Below are positions 28,699 to 38,070 of a DNA stretch of 64,000 nucleotides, piece by piece (position 1 is the first letter of the stretch; each line of letters opens with the position of its first letter). The notes beneath the pieces were generated by a model. It made no database searches and was not told the DNA's origin. It saw only the letters and a program-made list of their open reading frames with translations. Source of the DNA: a virus; IMG/VR virus record IMGVR_UViG_3300045988_110026. One strand, given 5' to 3'. A program made the position numbers and the translations under genes.

Positions 28699-30014
28699 AT
28701 TATGAATCTTTTAGACATTTCCTCTGCAATATCATACACGACCGTATGATCCTCTTCATTGTACGGCTTATTGATATTCAGCACTCCTTTTCTCACTTTG
28801 AACTTCTTATCTTTTCTAAGGTGATTCAACATACCTTGTTGGAACACGCAGTCCGCTTTCTCCATAGCAGCATTTTTATCAGACCATTCTTTTAGCGTAT
28901 AACCTTTACTGTTCGTGCTTTTTGGAGAAAAATTCATAATACGTGCATCAATTCCGTACCAGTTTTTAACCATTCTTCTTTCAGCCTCCAATTGAAAAGC
29001 GTGTTCATTTCGTATGTCACCTGATTTAAAATCTAAGATAACAATCTCTTCTTTCTCCACTTCTCTCACTTCCTTCTTCGGATCACCTTTTTTGAACTGC
29101 CCTGTGGCCCTTTGATACACGGCTCCAAAATAACCTTCTTCTTTGTATTTGAATGTCATTTCAACCATCGCATCTATCGGCGTAGCTACCAAATAGTCCT
29201 CTAATGACAATATTCTTTCAATCATCATCGGCTTAACCTTATACTCCGAACAAAACTTAGCAAACTTCATAACTCTGACAATCATATCATCAAGATCATC
29301 TATGCTACCAAAGAATTTGTCAAGATTCTTTTTTGATATTTTAAGCTTGCCTTCTTGCACTGTCTTAACTATAAAACTTCGATTTAAGACCATATCTCTA
29401 CCTGTCAAGTACAATCCGTATAGGTAGTGCATGATCGTTCCTTTATCTGCATCATATTCTGATACTTCTTCCGGATTGCGACCAATCATCCTCATCTCCT
29501 GTCTCCATTCTTGAAGAGCCGTCTTGTCATCTACGAATCCGTCTCTGATCATGGTTGTTACCGAGGCGTATATCTTGGCTGTCCCATCGTCCATCTTTCT
29601 TACATAAAAACGATTACCGTCTAATGTCAATCTTACGAATTTGGGAGTCTCGATCTTCTTTAACTCATCACAGATATAAAACGGTTCTAACGTTTCCTGA
29701 TTTTCTGTAAACGGATTCGAATCCTCTTCTCCAGGGTTAGGAGCGGCTTCCTCCGCCGGAGCTTCCGGTTCCTCCTTCTGGGCCTGCTCTGGCTCAGGCG
29801 CCGGCTCTTTAACTACTGGAACCTGTCCGCCTCTTTCTGCTATGTCTTTGTTTTTTATTAAAGACATAACTTCCTTTCTCAATTGCTCCGGTGTTTGATT
29901 AGGATCTGACACCGACATCACAACATCGTTCATTCTAAACAACGTATTTCCTTTTCCCTCCACCATAGGTACAAACCCTAAATCTGTCAATATTTTTATT
30001 TTCTGTTCTATCAT
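28695..30014 (-). CDS. PD-(D/E)XK nuclease (RecB/Cas4-like core, no Cys cluster) with N-terminal Pro/Glu-rich linker
   Basis: GTIMHYLYG (GTxxH), EEIVILDFKSGD (E..D-x-K), QLEAERRMVKNWY (QxxxY); PEPEQAQKEEPEAPAEEAAP linker. Confidence 0.55.
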   Translation of the reverse strand: MIEQKIKILTDLGFVPMVEGKGNTLFRMNDVVMSVSDPNQTPEQLRKEVMSLIKNKDIAERGGQVPVVKEPAPEPEQAQKEEPEAPAEEAAPNPGEEDSNPFTENQETLEPFYICDELKKIETPKFVRLTLDGNRFYVRKMDDGTAKIYASVTTMIRDGFVDDKTALQEWRQEMRMIGRNPEEVSEYDADKGTIMHYLYGLYLTGRDMVLNRSFIVKTVQEGKLKISKKNLDKFFGSIDDLDDMIVRVMKFAKFCSEYKVKPMMIERILSLEDYLVATPIDAMVEMTFKYKEEGYFGAVYQRATGQFKKGDPKKEVREVEKEEIVILDFKSGDIRNEHAFQLEAERRMVKNWYGIDARIMNFSPKSTNSKGYTLKEWSDKNAAMEKADCVFQQGMLNHLRKDKKFKVRKGVLNINKPYNEEDHTVVYDIAEEMSKRFII

Positions 30015-30096
30015 CGCAATTTCTCAATTAATTCCTCTTTAACATAATACAACACAGTTACAGTCTCATCAATATCTGTGGCTGCTTTCTCAAATA

Positions 30097-30618
30097 CTAT
30101 TTGGGGTTATATCTGTCAATTATTTCAATAATCAACCTACCTCTTTCTTTAATCATTCCCCTGCTTTCCATATCCAGTACCTTCTTTACCGCATATTTCC
30201 ACACAAAAGGAAATTCTGTTTCAAGTTTATCAAATTCTATCCGGTCAAGATACATGTCGAATACCGTATGCTCCGATTCATGTAGAAAAACTATATTATC
30301 TCTGCAAGTGGCAACCGACTTATATATCCTTTTCGGAAGTATGTGACATACGTTACATACTGTAGGAAAATGAATAGCCCTACCAGTCATAGACATCCGA
30401 ATACTATTTAGCTCTTCCAGCATAAGACGAAAAAACCCGGATAAATCCGGGCTCTCTAACTTTTTCTTCTTGCTGCTGTTTTTAATGGATGTAATTCTGT
30501 TTTTCTTCTTCGGAGTCAACTCTTTGCTCCTGCAAGCCTGGCATAAGCCATGACTTCTTATCATCACTTTTCGTCCGCATCGTTCGCAGACGTATAGCTT
30601 CTTTTCCTTGCTTTCCAT
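30097..30618 (-). CDS. zinc-ribbon protein
   Basis: CERCG...CQAC. Confidence 0.5.
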   Translation of the reverse strand: MESKEKKLYVCERCGRKVMIRSHGLCQACRSKELTPKKKNRITSIKNSSKKKKLESPDLSGFFRLMLEELNSIRMSMTGRAIHFPTVCNVCHILPKRIYKSVATCRDNIVFLHESEHTVFDMYLDRIEFDKLETEFPFVWKYAVKKVLDMESRGMIKERGRLIIEIIDRYNPK

Positions 30619-30803
30619 TCGAATAATAATGATATTATTGAAAAGAACAATCCCGCTGAAGCCAGTAGATAAGGTACGTTCATTAATAATTTAGATACCT
30701 CGTCTGTCTTAATCACTATCAGAAGGAAAGCGCCTGCTGAAAGCAATGATATTATCGCCACAACAAGCGCTATGTTGGAAACTACATCAGCCTTACTCTT
30801 CAC
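30564..30803 (-). CDS. small two-TM membrane protein
   Basis: 79 aa with two hydrophobic helices; overlaps the downstream gene by 55 bp. Confidence 0.4.
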   Translation of the reverse strand: MKSKADVVSNIALVVAIISLLSAGAFLLIVIKTDEVSKLLMNVPYLLASAGLFFSIISLLFEWKARKRSYTSANDADEK

Positions 30804-31263
30804 TCTTCTTCTCGCCTAATTTTTCAGCTCCCTTCTGAAGATCATATTTGAATACGTCAATGATCTTCGTTTCAGCAATAGCTTCGCAATTCCAGTCGCC
30901 TAACGTGCCCTGCATACCTTTAGTCAACACAGCTTCGGCATCCTTAGGATTGCCGGCCTGGACATACATATAGCATGGAGTTTTCTTTTCTTTACCTTTC
31001 TTTTCATCCAGTGTAATGTAATTTACCTTACACTTATACCAGTACTCAGCTTCTCCGTTGAAGAAGATTTCCGACACTTTAATAGGATTTATTTTAACAA
31101 TGTCGAACACTTGAAATAAATCCTTGAAAATCTCTAAAGATCTTGATTCTGCCTCTGTATAAGATAAGGCATCTACCAAATACTTTTCAGTTACTTTCTT
31201 TTTTTTGCCGTTCTCGATATTATCAATCTCGGCTTTTACCGTAATTTCAAACCAGCGATTCAT
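30793..31263 (-). CDS. hypothetical protein
   Basis: 156 aa. Confidence 0.5.
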   Translation of the reverse strand: MNRWFEITVKAEIDNIENGKKKKVTEKYLVDALSYTEAESRSLEIFKDLFQVFDIVKINPIKVSEIFFNGEAEYWYKCKVNYITLDEKKGKEKKTPCYMYVQAGNPKDAEAVLTKGMQGTLGDWNCEAIAETKIIDVFKYDLQKGAEKLGEKKSEE

Positions 31264-31267
31264 TGTA

Positions 31268-31582
31268 TTAATATTTAATTAGTTGATTTTTCCCTTTCTC
31301 TATACTGTTTTTAAATCTTTCAGAACACCATTGCAAAACGTCCATCATCATCATCTCATTATTAGATAAGATACCTTTTATAACTAATGCCAATTGATGT
31401 TGTGACATTCTTAGGCTCATATCAAATCTTCTTTCCTCTTCGTTTACTATCGTAGCCACGAAATACTTACACCCCTCTAAGTGCGTCAGGGCTTCAATCA
31501 TAGCTTCTTTTATCTCTTTTTCTTCCATTCTGTTTGTTTTTTTTGGACAAAGATATGTCTTTTGATAATAAAAAAGATTCAA
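31268..31582 (-). CDS. hypothetical protein
   Basis: 104 aa. Confidence 0.45.
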   Translation of the reverse strand: MNLFYYQKTYLCPKKTNRMEEKEIKEAMIEALTHLEGCKYFVATIVNEEERRFDMSLRMSQHQLALVIKGILSNNEMMMMDVLQWCSERFKNSIEKGKNQLIKY

Positions 31583-31602
31583 AATGATTTAATTTAGCTT
31601 AA

Positions 31603-32271
31603 TTACTGCTCTTTTGATTCGTTCGGCATAGGCATGTCAAACTTTTTCCTGATAAACGATTCTGTTTCTTCATTGAATGGATAGGCCTCCTTAATAAAAT
31701 TCATAGCTACTTCCATGTCACCGTCTGCTATATCTTTATACCTTTCAAAGATACCAACCAGGTCATTGTTGTATGAACGTTCTTGTTTTATATTGTACAC
31801 GTATTTCAATACCCTGTCTTTAATTTCATTGGCTTTTTTCACAGTATCATTGAAAGAATTTATACTTTCCAATTCTGGATCTTTGTTTTCCTTGTTTACC
31901 TTATCAAACTCTTCCTTGCTATATCCCGCTTCTCCTGTAATGGCTGGGCAAACACTTCCATTTATGATCCAAAACTGCTCATACGATCCTATCAGAAACT
32001 TTGATTCCATTTTAAATGCATTATATTTAATAAGCAAATTAGCCACCTCAGTTGCACCTTCTATGGTTCTAAAACCGATGCCGATATCTTTTAACATAAA
32101 TACTGGAACTCCAGTTCTTGGATACACGACTTCTTTTTTGTTCTTTATATTCCAGTTTTTAGCTTCAATTGGAATACCTTTACCAGCAAGCTCTTTGTCT
32201 ATATACAGATATATCTCTTTGCATGTCAATGACACAATCTCATCTCTGCTTAAATCAAAAACTGTTTTCAT
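31603..32271 (-). CDS. hypothetical protein
   Basis: 222 aa. Confidence 0.5.
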   Translation of the reverse strand: MKTVFDLSRDEIVSLTCKEIYLYIDKELAGKGIPIEAKNWNIKNKKEVVYPRTGVPVFMLKDIGIGFRTIEGATEVANLLIKYNAFKMESKFLIGSYEQFWIINGSVCPAITGEAGYSKEEFDKVNKENKDPELESINSFNDTVKKANEIKDRVLKYVYNIKQERSYNNDLVGIFERYKDIADGDMEVAMNFIKEAYPFNEETESFIRKKFDMPMPNESKEQ

Positions 32272-32471
32272 TTCTTTTTATTTATTAAATTAAACAATCT
32301 ACCTCTTTGTTCAGGCTCCGTATATTCCACCCATATATCGGCTGCCACATTTCTAAGAAATTCCATAAAGTCTTGATGATCCCTGTATTCAACAGAATCA
32401 ACTTTTCTCACAAAACTTAGAATTTCCTTTAACATCTTATTGTTTTCTTCAAGAAGTTCTCTGTCGGTCAT
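32268..32471 (-). CDS. hypothetical protein
   Basis: 67 aa. Confidence 0.4.
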   Translation of the reverse strand: MTDRELLEENNKMLKEILSFVRKVDSVEYRDHQDFMEFLRNVAADIWVEYTEPEQRGRLFNLINKKK

Positions 32472-32492
32472 GATCTCGTGAAAATATATTAT

Positions 32493-32828
32493 TCAACATG
32501 TAATAGGCAGTAAATTTTCGATGTAGGCCCATCTTACGATATGGAAAATTCTAACAGCTATTTTCCAATTAGAGTTATTTGGCCCACAGACAATAGGAGT
32601 TCCATCTTGTTTAATAGCAATCAACATTCCACTGTGTTGTGGTGTTTCGCTTGCATCATGCCACGCGCTGCTGATGCTCCATTCTGCACCTGCCATGAAG
32701 TCTTCATAGCAATTATCCTTGCGTAAAACATAATCGTCTGCATCCACTTCTTTGAGAACGTTTCGCCGAAAATGTGTTTTACCTATGGTATAATCTTTTG
32801 CTGCTTTTTCAATATCTTCTCGTTTCAT
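32493..32828 (-). CDS. hypothetical protein
   Basis: 111 aa. Confidence 0.45.
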   Translation of the reverse strand: MKREDIEKAAKDYTIGKTHFRRNVLKEVDADDYVLRKDNCYEDFMAGAEWSISSAWHDASETPQHSGMLIAIKQDGTPIVCGPNNSNWKIAVRIFHIVRWAYIENLLPITC

Positions 32829-32845
32829 TTCTTTTTAGTTATTCG

Positions 32846-33106
32846 TTAAATACAATTTGTTCGATATGTGTATTCATCAATCATATCATTACCGATAATC
32901 TCAGGTAGCTCAAAAAATCTTGTAACCGGACAAACATGCGCTTCAATCTCCACACAAAGACCGTCACCCGGTATATAGGCACAACCTACGTTATTATTCC
33001 AGTTTATATGCTTTTGGGCTGCTTTAGCTACTTTATCGCAAGCTGATAAGTATTCAGTATATTTACTGTTAGCTCTTTTTATTTTCCTGAATAGTATATC
33101 GTTCAT
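32846..33106 (-). CDS. hypothetical protein
   Basis: 86 aa. Confidence 0.45.
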   Translation of the reverse strand: MNDILFRKIKRANSKYTEYLSACDKVAKAAQKHINWNNNVGCAYIPGDGLCVEIEAHVCPVTRFFELPEIIGNDMIDEYTYRTNCI

Positions 33107-33120
33107 TTCTTTTTATATTA

Positions 33121-33384
33121 TTACCAATCTCCGCCATCATTCGGTATTCCATCAATGATGGTTATACTATTTTCAATGTTACTGCCTCCATATTGCGTAA
33201 ATTCCGGTGTGGGATTATAGTTTGTATCTCCATGCATCATTACATGTAATGTTCCGCTTGCTGAATATATCCATAATCGTTTCCCATCTTTCTTCCATTT
33301 TTTGGCAAGCCTCTTAAATGAATCAATTAGCTTGCATTCTTCTTCCGTGCATTCTATTCCGGCTTCTGTTCTGTATTTGCTCAT
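33121..33384 (-). CDS. hypothetical protein
   Basis: 87 aa. Confidence 0.45.
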   Translation of the reverse strand: MSKYRTEAGIECTEEECKLIDSFKRLAKKWKKDGKRLWIYSASGTLHVMMHGDTNYNPTPEFTQYGGSNIENSITIIDGIPNDGGDW

Positions 33385-33537
33385 ATCTTTTTAAAGTTTA
33401 TCTATTATTTTGTCACCCATTTCCTGCCATTCATCACTCACGCTTATAACCAATCCTATGACAGTGAGTGATAATAACAACGTAAAAATAAGCCATAACA
33501 GAAAGCAGATAAAAACACATATATACCTCATGATTTT

Positions 33538-34290
33538 TTAGTTGTTAGATAAAAGCAAAATCGGTTCATTTGACTCCGCAATTGCTTTTATTTGTTCTGG
33601 ATTGATAAAACTCTTAATTTGTTCACTTATCTTACAAATAGATTTGATCATATCAACGAATAATTTTGAGGTGCATTCGTTGCATTCCACTTCCATTACC
33701 GGCTTATATCGATTGTATGACATACCTGCTACACAATTCAGCCAGTGTGTATAAGTTCCTTTTTCTGCATTCAATCTATCGTATTCTACTTTTTTCTCTC
33801 CATTACCATATTCAATTACTCTTTTTAGAAATGGTTTTGCATAAATACTAAAACCGAAAGGTTCGGCATTTAAAGCATCTAAACGAGAAGTTCCATCTCT
33901 CCATTCTCCATTCTCATAGTTCCCTGTCCATTCCACAGAGGGGTTAGGAACAATGTCTCCGTTTTTGTCATAGGCAAATAAACAGAGAGTTTCTAACTGA
34001 TACTTAATAACAGGTACTTCTTCTACTATTTTATAGCTTAAACACCTCTCCAGGACTTTCCTGATTTGATTTTCCAGATCAGAAAGTGATGTGCTATTGA
34101 AATATCCTTCGTTGCCTAATCTGTTGACAGGTAATTTGATCTTATAAGAATGAATCTTGTCCACATCTTCTTTTGATAAAGTAGTGGTAAACACTCCTTC
34201 TTTGGTGACATTCACTTTAACAGTTACAGATAAACTGTTATTGGTATTCTTTTCCGTTATATTTAGTGTTGTTAATGCTGCCATAATCAA
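33538..34290 (-). CDS. hypothetical protein
   Basis: 250 aa. Confidence 0.5.
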   Translation of the reverse strand: MIMAALTTLNITEKNTNNSLSVTVKVNVTKEGVFTTTLSKEDVDKIHSYKIKLPVNRLGNEGYFNSTSLSDLENQIRKVLERCLSYKIVEEVPVIKYQLETLCLFAYDKNGDIVPNPSVEWTGNYENGEWRDGTSRLDALNAEPFGFSIYAKPFLKRVIEYGNGEKKVEYDRLNAEKGTYTHWLNCVAGMSYNRYKPVMEVECNECTSKLFVDMIKSICKISEQIKSFINPEQIKAIAESNEPILLLSNN

Positions 34291-34302
34291 ATCTTTTTAA
34301 AA

Positions 34303-34554
34303 TCAATTTGAATAAATATAATGCATTCCTGCTTCATATACCTTATGTATATCAGGGTCATTCTTGTCTTCCGGTTCCAATTCACTCTCTTCAAGAGTAT
34401 AATCCCATTCAGAGTTGTAGTACATATTCTCATTTGTTTTCTCCAAGGAGCAATCTTTCATCAAATTCAGATATTCTCCCCAAACTGCAACTTCCTGCTG
34501 TTGCTCTTCTTCTGTCATAAGAGATATTTTGTCTTTCAATTCTTTCCAAGTCAT
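34303..34554 (-). CDS. hypothetical acidic protein
   Basis: 83 aa. Confidence 0.4.
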   Translation of the reverse strand: MTWKELKDKISLMTEEEQQQEVAVWGEYLNLMKDCSLEKTNENMYYNSEWDYTLEESELEPEDKNDPDIHKVYEAGMHYIYSN

Positions 34555-34583
34555 AGCTTGATTTATAAAAGGTGATTACTAAT

Positions 34584-34967
34584 TTATTCCACATCAAAAA
34601 GTTGATCCAATACCAATAATTCTGCATTCATATCTTCATCTTTTTGGAAACGAACCTTTATGTTTCCGAACTTAGATGTTTTAAATAAGATGTAAGGATT
34701 CATATCTTCGGCAGTCACCGGCTTATACTCCTTAACTTCCGACATCTTGAGATACCAGTCACCTATTTTCACAAATTTGGAGAAGACAGAACACAAATGC
34801 GCTTTCACGGACAGTATTTCCCTTTTATCTTTAAAGGGTATAATTTCCTCCTTCCCTCTTATCCTGATTGATAGGAAAGGACGAATGTTGTCTGTTTCAT
34901 TTTGGAATCTGAAGCCTGTTATGGCTTGCTTTGGGATTCTTCTCCCCATTAATACAAAATAGCTCAT
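34584..34967 (-). CDS. hypothetical protein
   Basis: 127 aa. Confidence 0.45.
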   Translation of the reverse strand: MSYFVLMGRRIPKQAITGFRFQNETDNIRPFLSIRIRGKEEIIPFKDKREILSVKAHLCSVFSKFVKIGDWYLKMSEVKEYKPVTAEDMNPYILFKTSKFGNIKVRFQKDEDMNAELLVLDQLFDVE

Positions 34968-34979
34968 TGTTGAAAATAT

Positions 34980-35777
34980 TTAATTAGACATAAATATACA
35001 AGTTTTACTAAGATATCCTTCTGTCATCTCTATGAAATTCACACAATCTAATTTGCTTAACTTGTAAATCAATGCCGGATTGTGTACTATGGCTATAATT
35101 TGTATTTGTGGTTTATGGAATGACAATACATTATAAATTTGCATTATGTTATCAATATCAAGATTCCTGTCTGGCTCATCCATGAGAACCGTGTATTCAA
35201 AACTGCTTTTTGTTAATGCTATGCGGTTTCTTTTATAATACTTCAACAGGTTATCAATTCTTTTAATCCAAAACGCATTTGATTTTTTCTTGTATTCTAC
35301 AAGATCTTGTATTGGAAACGTATAATCCTTCTGACTGAACATTAAATTGAAAAGCGATTCCAATGATAACACCACTTTCTCTCCATAAGATTTTCGAATA
35401 TTATTCACATACAAATCTAAATTGCTGATGTTTTTCAATATACTATCTCGATTCATCTCCGCCGATGGCAATAAACGGAATACTTTCCCTGCATAATCGG
35501 ATGATATGTCAATCCCATCAAAAACCTTATCATCGTCATCAAATATAGGTGGAAAATCCAGTGCCTCGGTCGGCATTTCAGAGCACATGGATTTCTCGCA
35601 TAACGCATACATTGATATGATGTTAAACAAGGTTGATTTTCCGCTACCGTTTTTACCTATAATTACATTCACTCCTGGCTTGAAAATAAATTTCTTGCCA
35701 TTTTCAAATGCTTCTATATCCGAAACATATTCAAATGGAGTTTTTGTATTGTCTTTTATTTTTACCGATGTTATCAT
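34980..35777 (-). CDS. small ABC-type (AAA_21-like) ATPase
   Basis: Walker A GKNGSGKST, Walker B TVLMDEPDRNLD, H-loop-like IAIVHN; 265 aa with no other domain. Confidence 0.7.
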   Translation of the reverse strand: MITSVKIKDNTKTPFEYVSDIEAFENGKKFIFKPGVNVIIGKNGSGKSTLFNIISMYALCEKSMCSEMPTEALDFPPIFDDDDKVFDGIDISSDYAGKVFRLLPSAEMNRDSILKNISNLDLYVNNIRKSYGEKVVLSLESLFNLMFSQKDYTFPIQDLVEYKKKSNAFWIKRIDNLLKYYKRNRIALTKSSFEYTVLMDEPDRNLDIDNIMQIYNVLSFHKPQIQIIAIVHNPALIYKLSKLDCVNFIEMTEGYLSKTCIFMSN

Positions 35778-35788
35778 TGTAATTCTTT

Positions 35789-36661
35789 TTAAAAATCAAT
35801 TACCGTCCGAACCATGTCTCCGATGTGCTTGTTGCCGGTGCCCGTGAGACCACTGGAGAAGACCACGTACCACGCGACGGCCTGGCTGCTCTCAGTACTG
35901 GACCAATACCACGTCGAGGAGAGGGGAGATGCCGAAACATAAGTGAATGCTTTGTTTAGTTCGTCCATATAATGGGCCATTAAATTTAATTGACCAAGAG
36001 ATGGTATATACTCGCCATCTTCCAGCAGATTTCTCAATTTTGGATTTCTGGCTACAAGGCGTTCCGTATTGCCGCGTCCGTCAATGTCAAACAGCGCATC
36101 ACATTCACGTTCGTAATATGTCCCACTTCCGGATTCTTCACGGCTATCATCGTCAAGCAATTGTACGATATCATGTTCCGTCAGTGAGATTGCAAATGAC
36201 ATGTATCTGTGCTTCAACCCAATGTATCGTACACAATCTTTGGAGTTATCGCCGGTAAACGGCTCTACATGTCCATCTTTGTAGATTATATACAGTCCAT
36301 CAGTTGACTTTTTCTTATCCTCTTCGGATGGTACTCTGTTTTCACATGTACATTTCTCACTTTTGGATCTTACGATTATATTCAACTCATTTAATACATG
36401 ATCCCTGATGACGCTCTCGCACGCTCTTCTTACAAAATTATGATCTCTTTGTTTAAGCTCATCTGTTACCATACATCTGATCCAATGTTCTATCTGATTG
36501 TTTCCTCCGTATGTATTAAGCATACACCGTTTTACGAGTTTTTCCAATAATGGCTCTATGTTTTTGATTATATCTTCTTTGGTAAGGTGAAGTTCATTTA
36601 ATATATAGTTCCTTACTGCCTTGTATTCTTTACTTGTGCTCATAATATACCGATTTAACAT
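35789..36661 (-). CDS. protein with C-terminal DUF1566/Lcl-C-like (C-type-lectin-fold) domain
   Basis: C-terminus YWSSTESSQAVAWYVVFSSGLTGTGNKHIGDMVRTV matches the DUF1566 pattern (YWSST...AW.V.F..G.......VR.V). Confidence 0.5.
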   Translation of the reverse strand: MLNRYIMSTSKEYKAVRNYILNELHLTKEDIIKNIEPLLEKLVKRCMLNTYGGNNQIEHWIRCMVTDELKQRDHNFVRRACESVIRDHVLNELNIIVRSKSEKCTCENRVPSEEDKKKSTDGLYIIYKDGHVEPFTGDNSKDCVRYIGLKHRYMSFAISLTEHDIVQLLDDDSREESGSGTYYERECDALFDIDGRGNTERLVARNPKLRNLLEDGEYIPSLGQLNLMAHYMDELNKAFTYVSASPLSSTWYWSSTESSQAVAWYVVFSSGLTGTGNKHIGDMVRTVIDF

Positions 36662-37122
36662 TGTGAATCATATTTTCTTTCTCTCCCGCTGTCTTCCCCT
36701 ATCGGATTGTCCCATCCATATTTTACAGCCGTAGCTTTAAATAGAGGGAGTCCATAAAATGCATAATCATCCTCACTCCAGCCTTCAAGACCTTCTTCCA
36801 GAATGTAGTTCCACATCATCACACATTCAAACATCAAACTGGCTGATATTCCTCTCTGATTTAATGCCTTTTCAAAACCGAATCTTACGTCTTCTTCAAG
36901 CTGTTTCAGGACATTTTCTCTGGTAAATTCAACTACAGTACTGTTCCACTTTTCCTCGTTGTCATATTCTTCATTCGGCTCCATACCGAAATCCTTTATC
37001 ATGCTATATGGAACAAATTTAGCCAGTCTGTTAAAATCTCTACCGTCTAAACATTTTGATGTTAATTCTTTAAGTTGTTCTAATGTTTTCATAAGCAATT
37101 TTGTTTTATAGGTTAATCCCAT
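36655..37122 (-). CDS. hypothetical protein
   Basis: 155 aa; 10-bp overlap with the upstream NTase gene. Confidence 0.45.
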   Translation of the reverse strand: MGLTYKTKLLMKTLEQLKELTSKCLDGRDFNRLAKFVPYSMIKDFGMEPNEEYDNEEKWNSTVVEFTRENVLKQLEEDVRFGFEKALNQRGISASLMFECVMMWNYILEEGLEGWSEDDYAFYGLPLFKATAVKYGWDNPIGEDSGRERKYDSQC

Positions 37123-37790
37123 CCTCCAGTAGCATACAAAGATACATCTTCCTCCTCTACATTTACACCTTTAAGAGCCTGTAGAAGTTTTTTCTTTGCC
37201 TCCCGGCACATATTGTAACCATATCCTTTATACCGATATGAGCGTTCCCATGTGCTTACTGGAAAAGGAATATTTTCATCAATGACCAGTCTCTTCATAT
37301 GAAGATGTTCGAAGAATTTCTCATGGTAGAGTAGTTTGTACTCGTATGCTACTATACTTGCAGATGAGAATGGAAAATAATCATCTTCCTCTTCTTCGTA
37401 TTCCTCTTCTTCGTATTTAGGCTCCTTGTAGTAAGCCATTTTTGCCACAGTAAAGTCGAAGCTCCTGAGAATCTCTTCTGGCTTTCCGAACTCTGACTCT
37501 ATGAACTCTACCCATACCTTTTCTCCCTCTTTCTGGAATGCGCATACCTTCTCATTCCTGTACTTAAATTTCCATCCTTCTTTCTGATGTTTTTCATCAT
37601 TGAACAAATCAACAGCTTCCTGAAAATCGTCTTCGCTTTCAAAGAAAATATCAATATCTTTTACTTTTTCTCCGGAAAGGATATTCTTAAAACATCCACC
37701 AGCTATGAACCCCTTGTGACCTTCCATATATTTGTCAAGCCATCTTATTTGCCAGAAATTATCTGGAGTATCTATTATAAAATTGTTCAT
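37113..37790 (-). CDS. truncated class-II tRNA nucleotidyltransferase / poly(A)-polymerase-family head domain
   Basis: FIAGGCFKNILSGEKVKDIDIFF matches (GGxVRDxLLG....DxD); LRSFDFTVAKMAY matches (RRDFTINA); only 225 aa. Confidence 0.65.
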   Translation of the reverse strand: MNNFIIDTPDNFWQIRWLDKYMEGHKGFIAGGCFKNILSGEKVKDIDIFFESEDDFQEAVDLFNDEKHQKEGWKFKYRNEKVCAFQKEGEKVWVEFIESEFGKPEEILRSFDFTVAKMAYYKEPKYEEEEYEEEEDDYFPFSSASIVAYEYKLLYHEKFFEHLHMKRLVIDENIPFPVSTWERSYRYKGYGYNMCREAKKKLLQALKGVNVEEEDVSLYATGGWD

Positions 37791-37808
37791 ATTGTTTGTA
37801 TTTTACTG

Positions 37809-38063
37809 TCACCAAGCGAGATAAAAATTCCGCTTTACTATAACACAGTGGGTATAGTTATCCAGATCAACCCCATTTTCTTTGAATGTATCCAGAACCC
37901 TCTTTTCCACATGTTTCAATTTTACTATTATTCCCTTCCTAAACTCTTCTATTAACTTCCCGTTACATTCAATAGGCCCAATAAAACAGTATCTATTCGA
38001 AGGACTGTCTGATATACAATATGTCTGACATCCTAACATGTTGCTTAAAATTACTTCGTTCAT
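37809..38063 (-). CDS. hypothetical protein
   Basis: 84 aa. Confidence 0.4.
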   Translation of the reverse strand: MNEVILSNMLGCQTYCISDSPSNRYCFIGPIECNGKLIEEFRKGIIVKLKHVEKRVLDTFKENGVDLDNYTHCVIVKRNFYLAW

Positions 38064-38070
38064 AATTTCT

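Noticed and set aside
28695-30014. ATP-dependent ligase call from KMDDGT
   Set aside because: It does not fit the KxDGxR motif I, and the protein has clearer PD-(D/E)XK nuclease motifs
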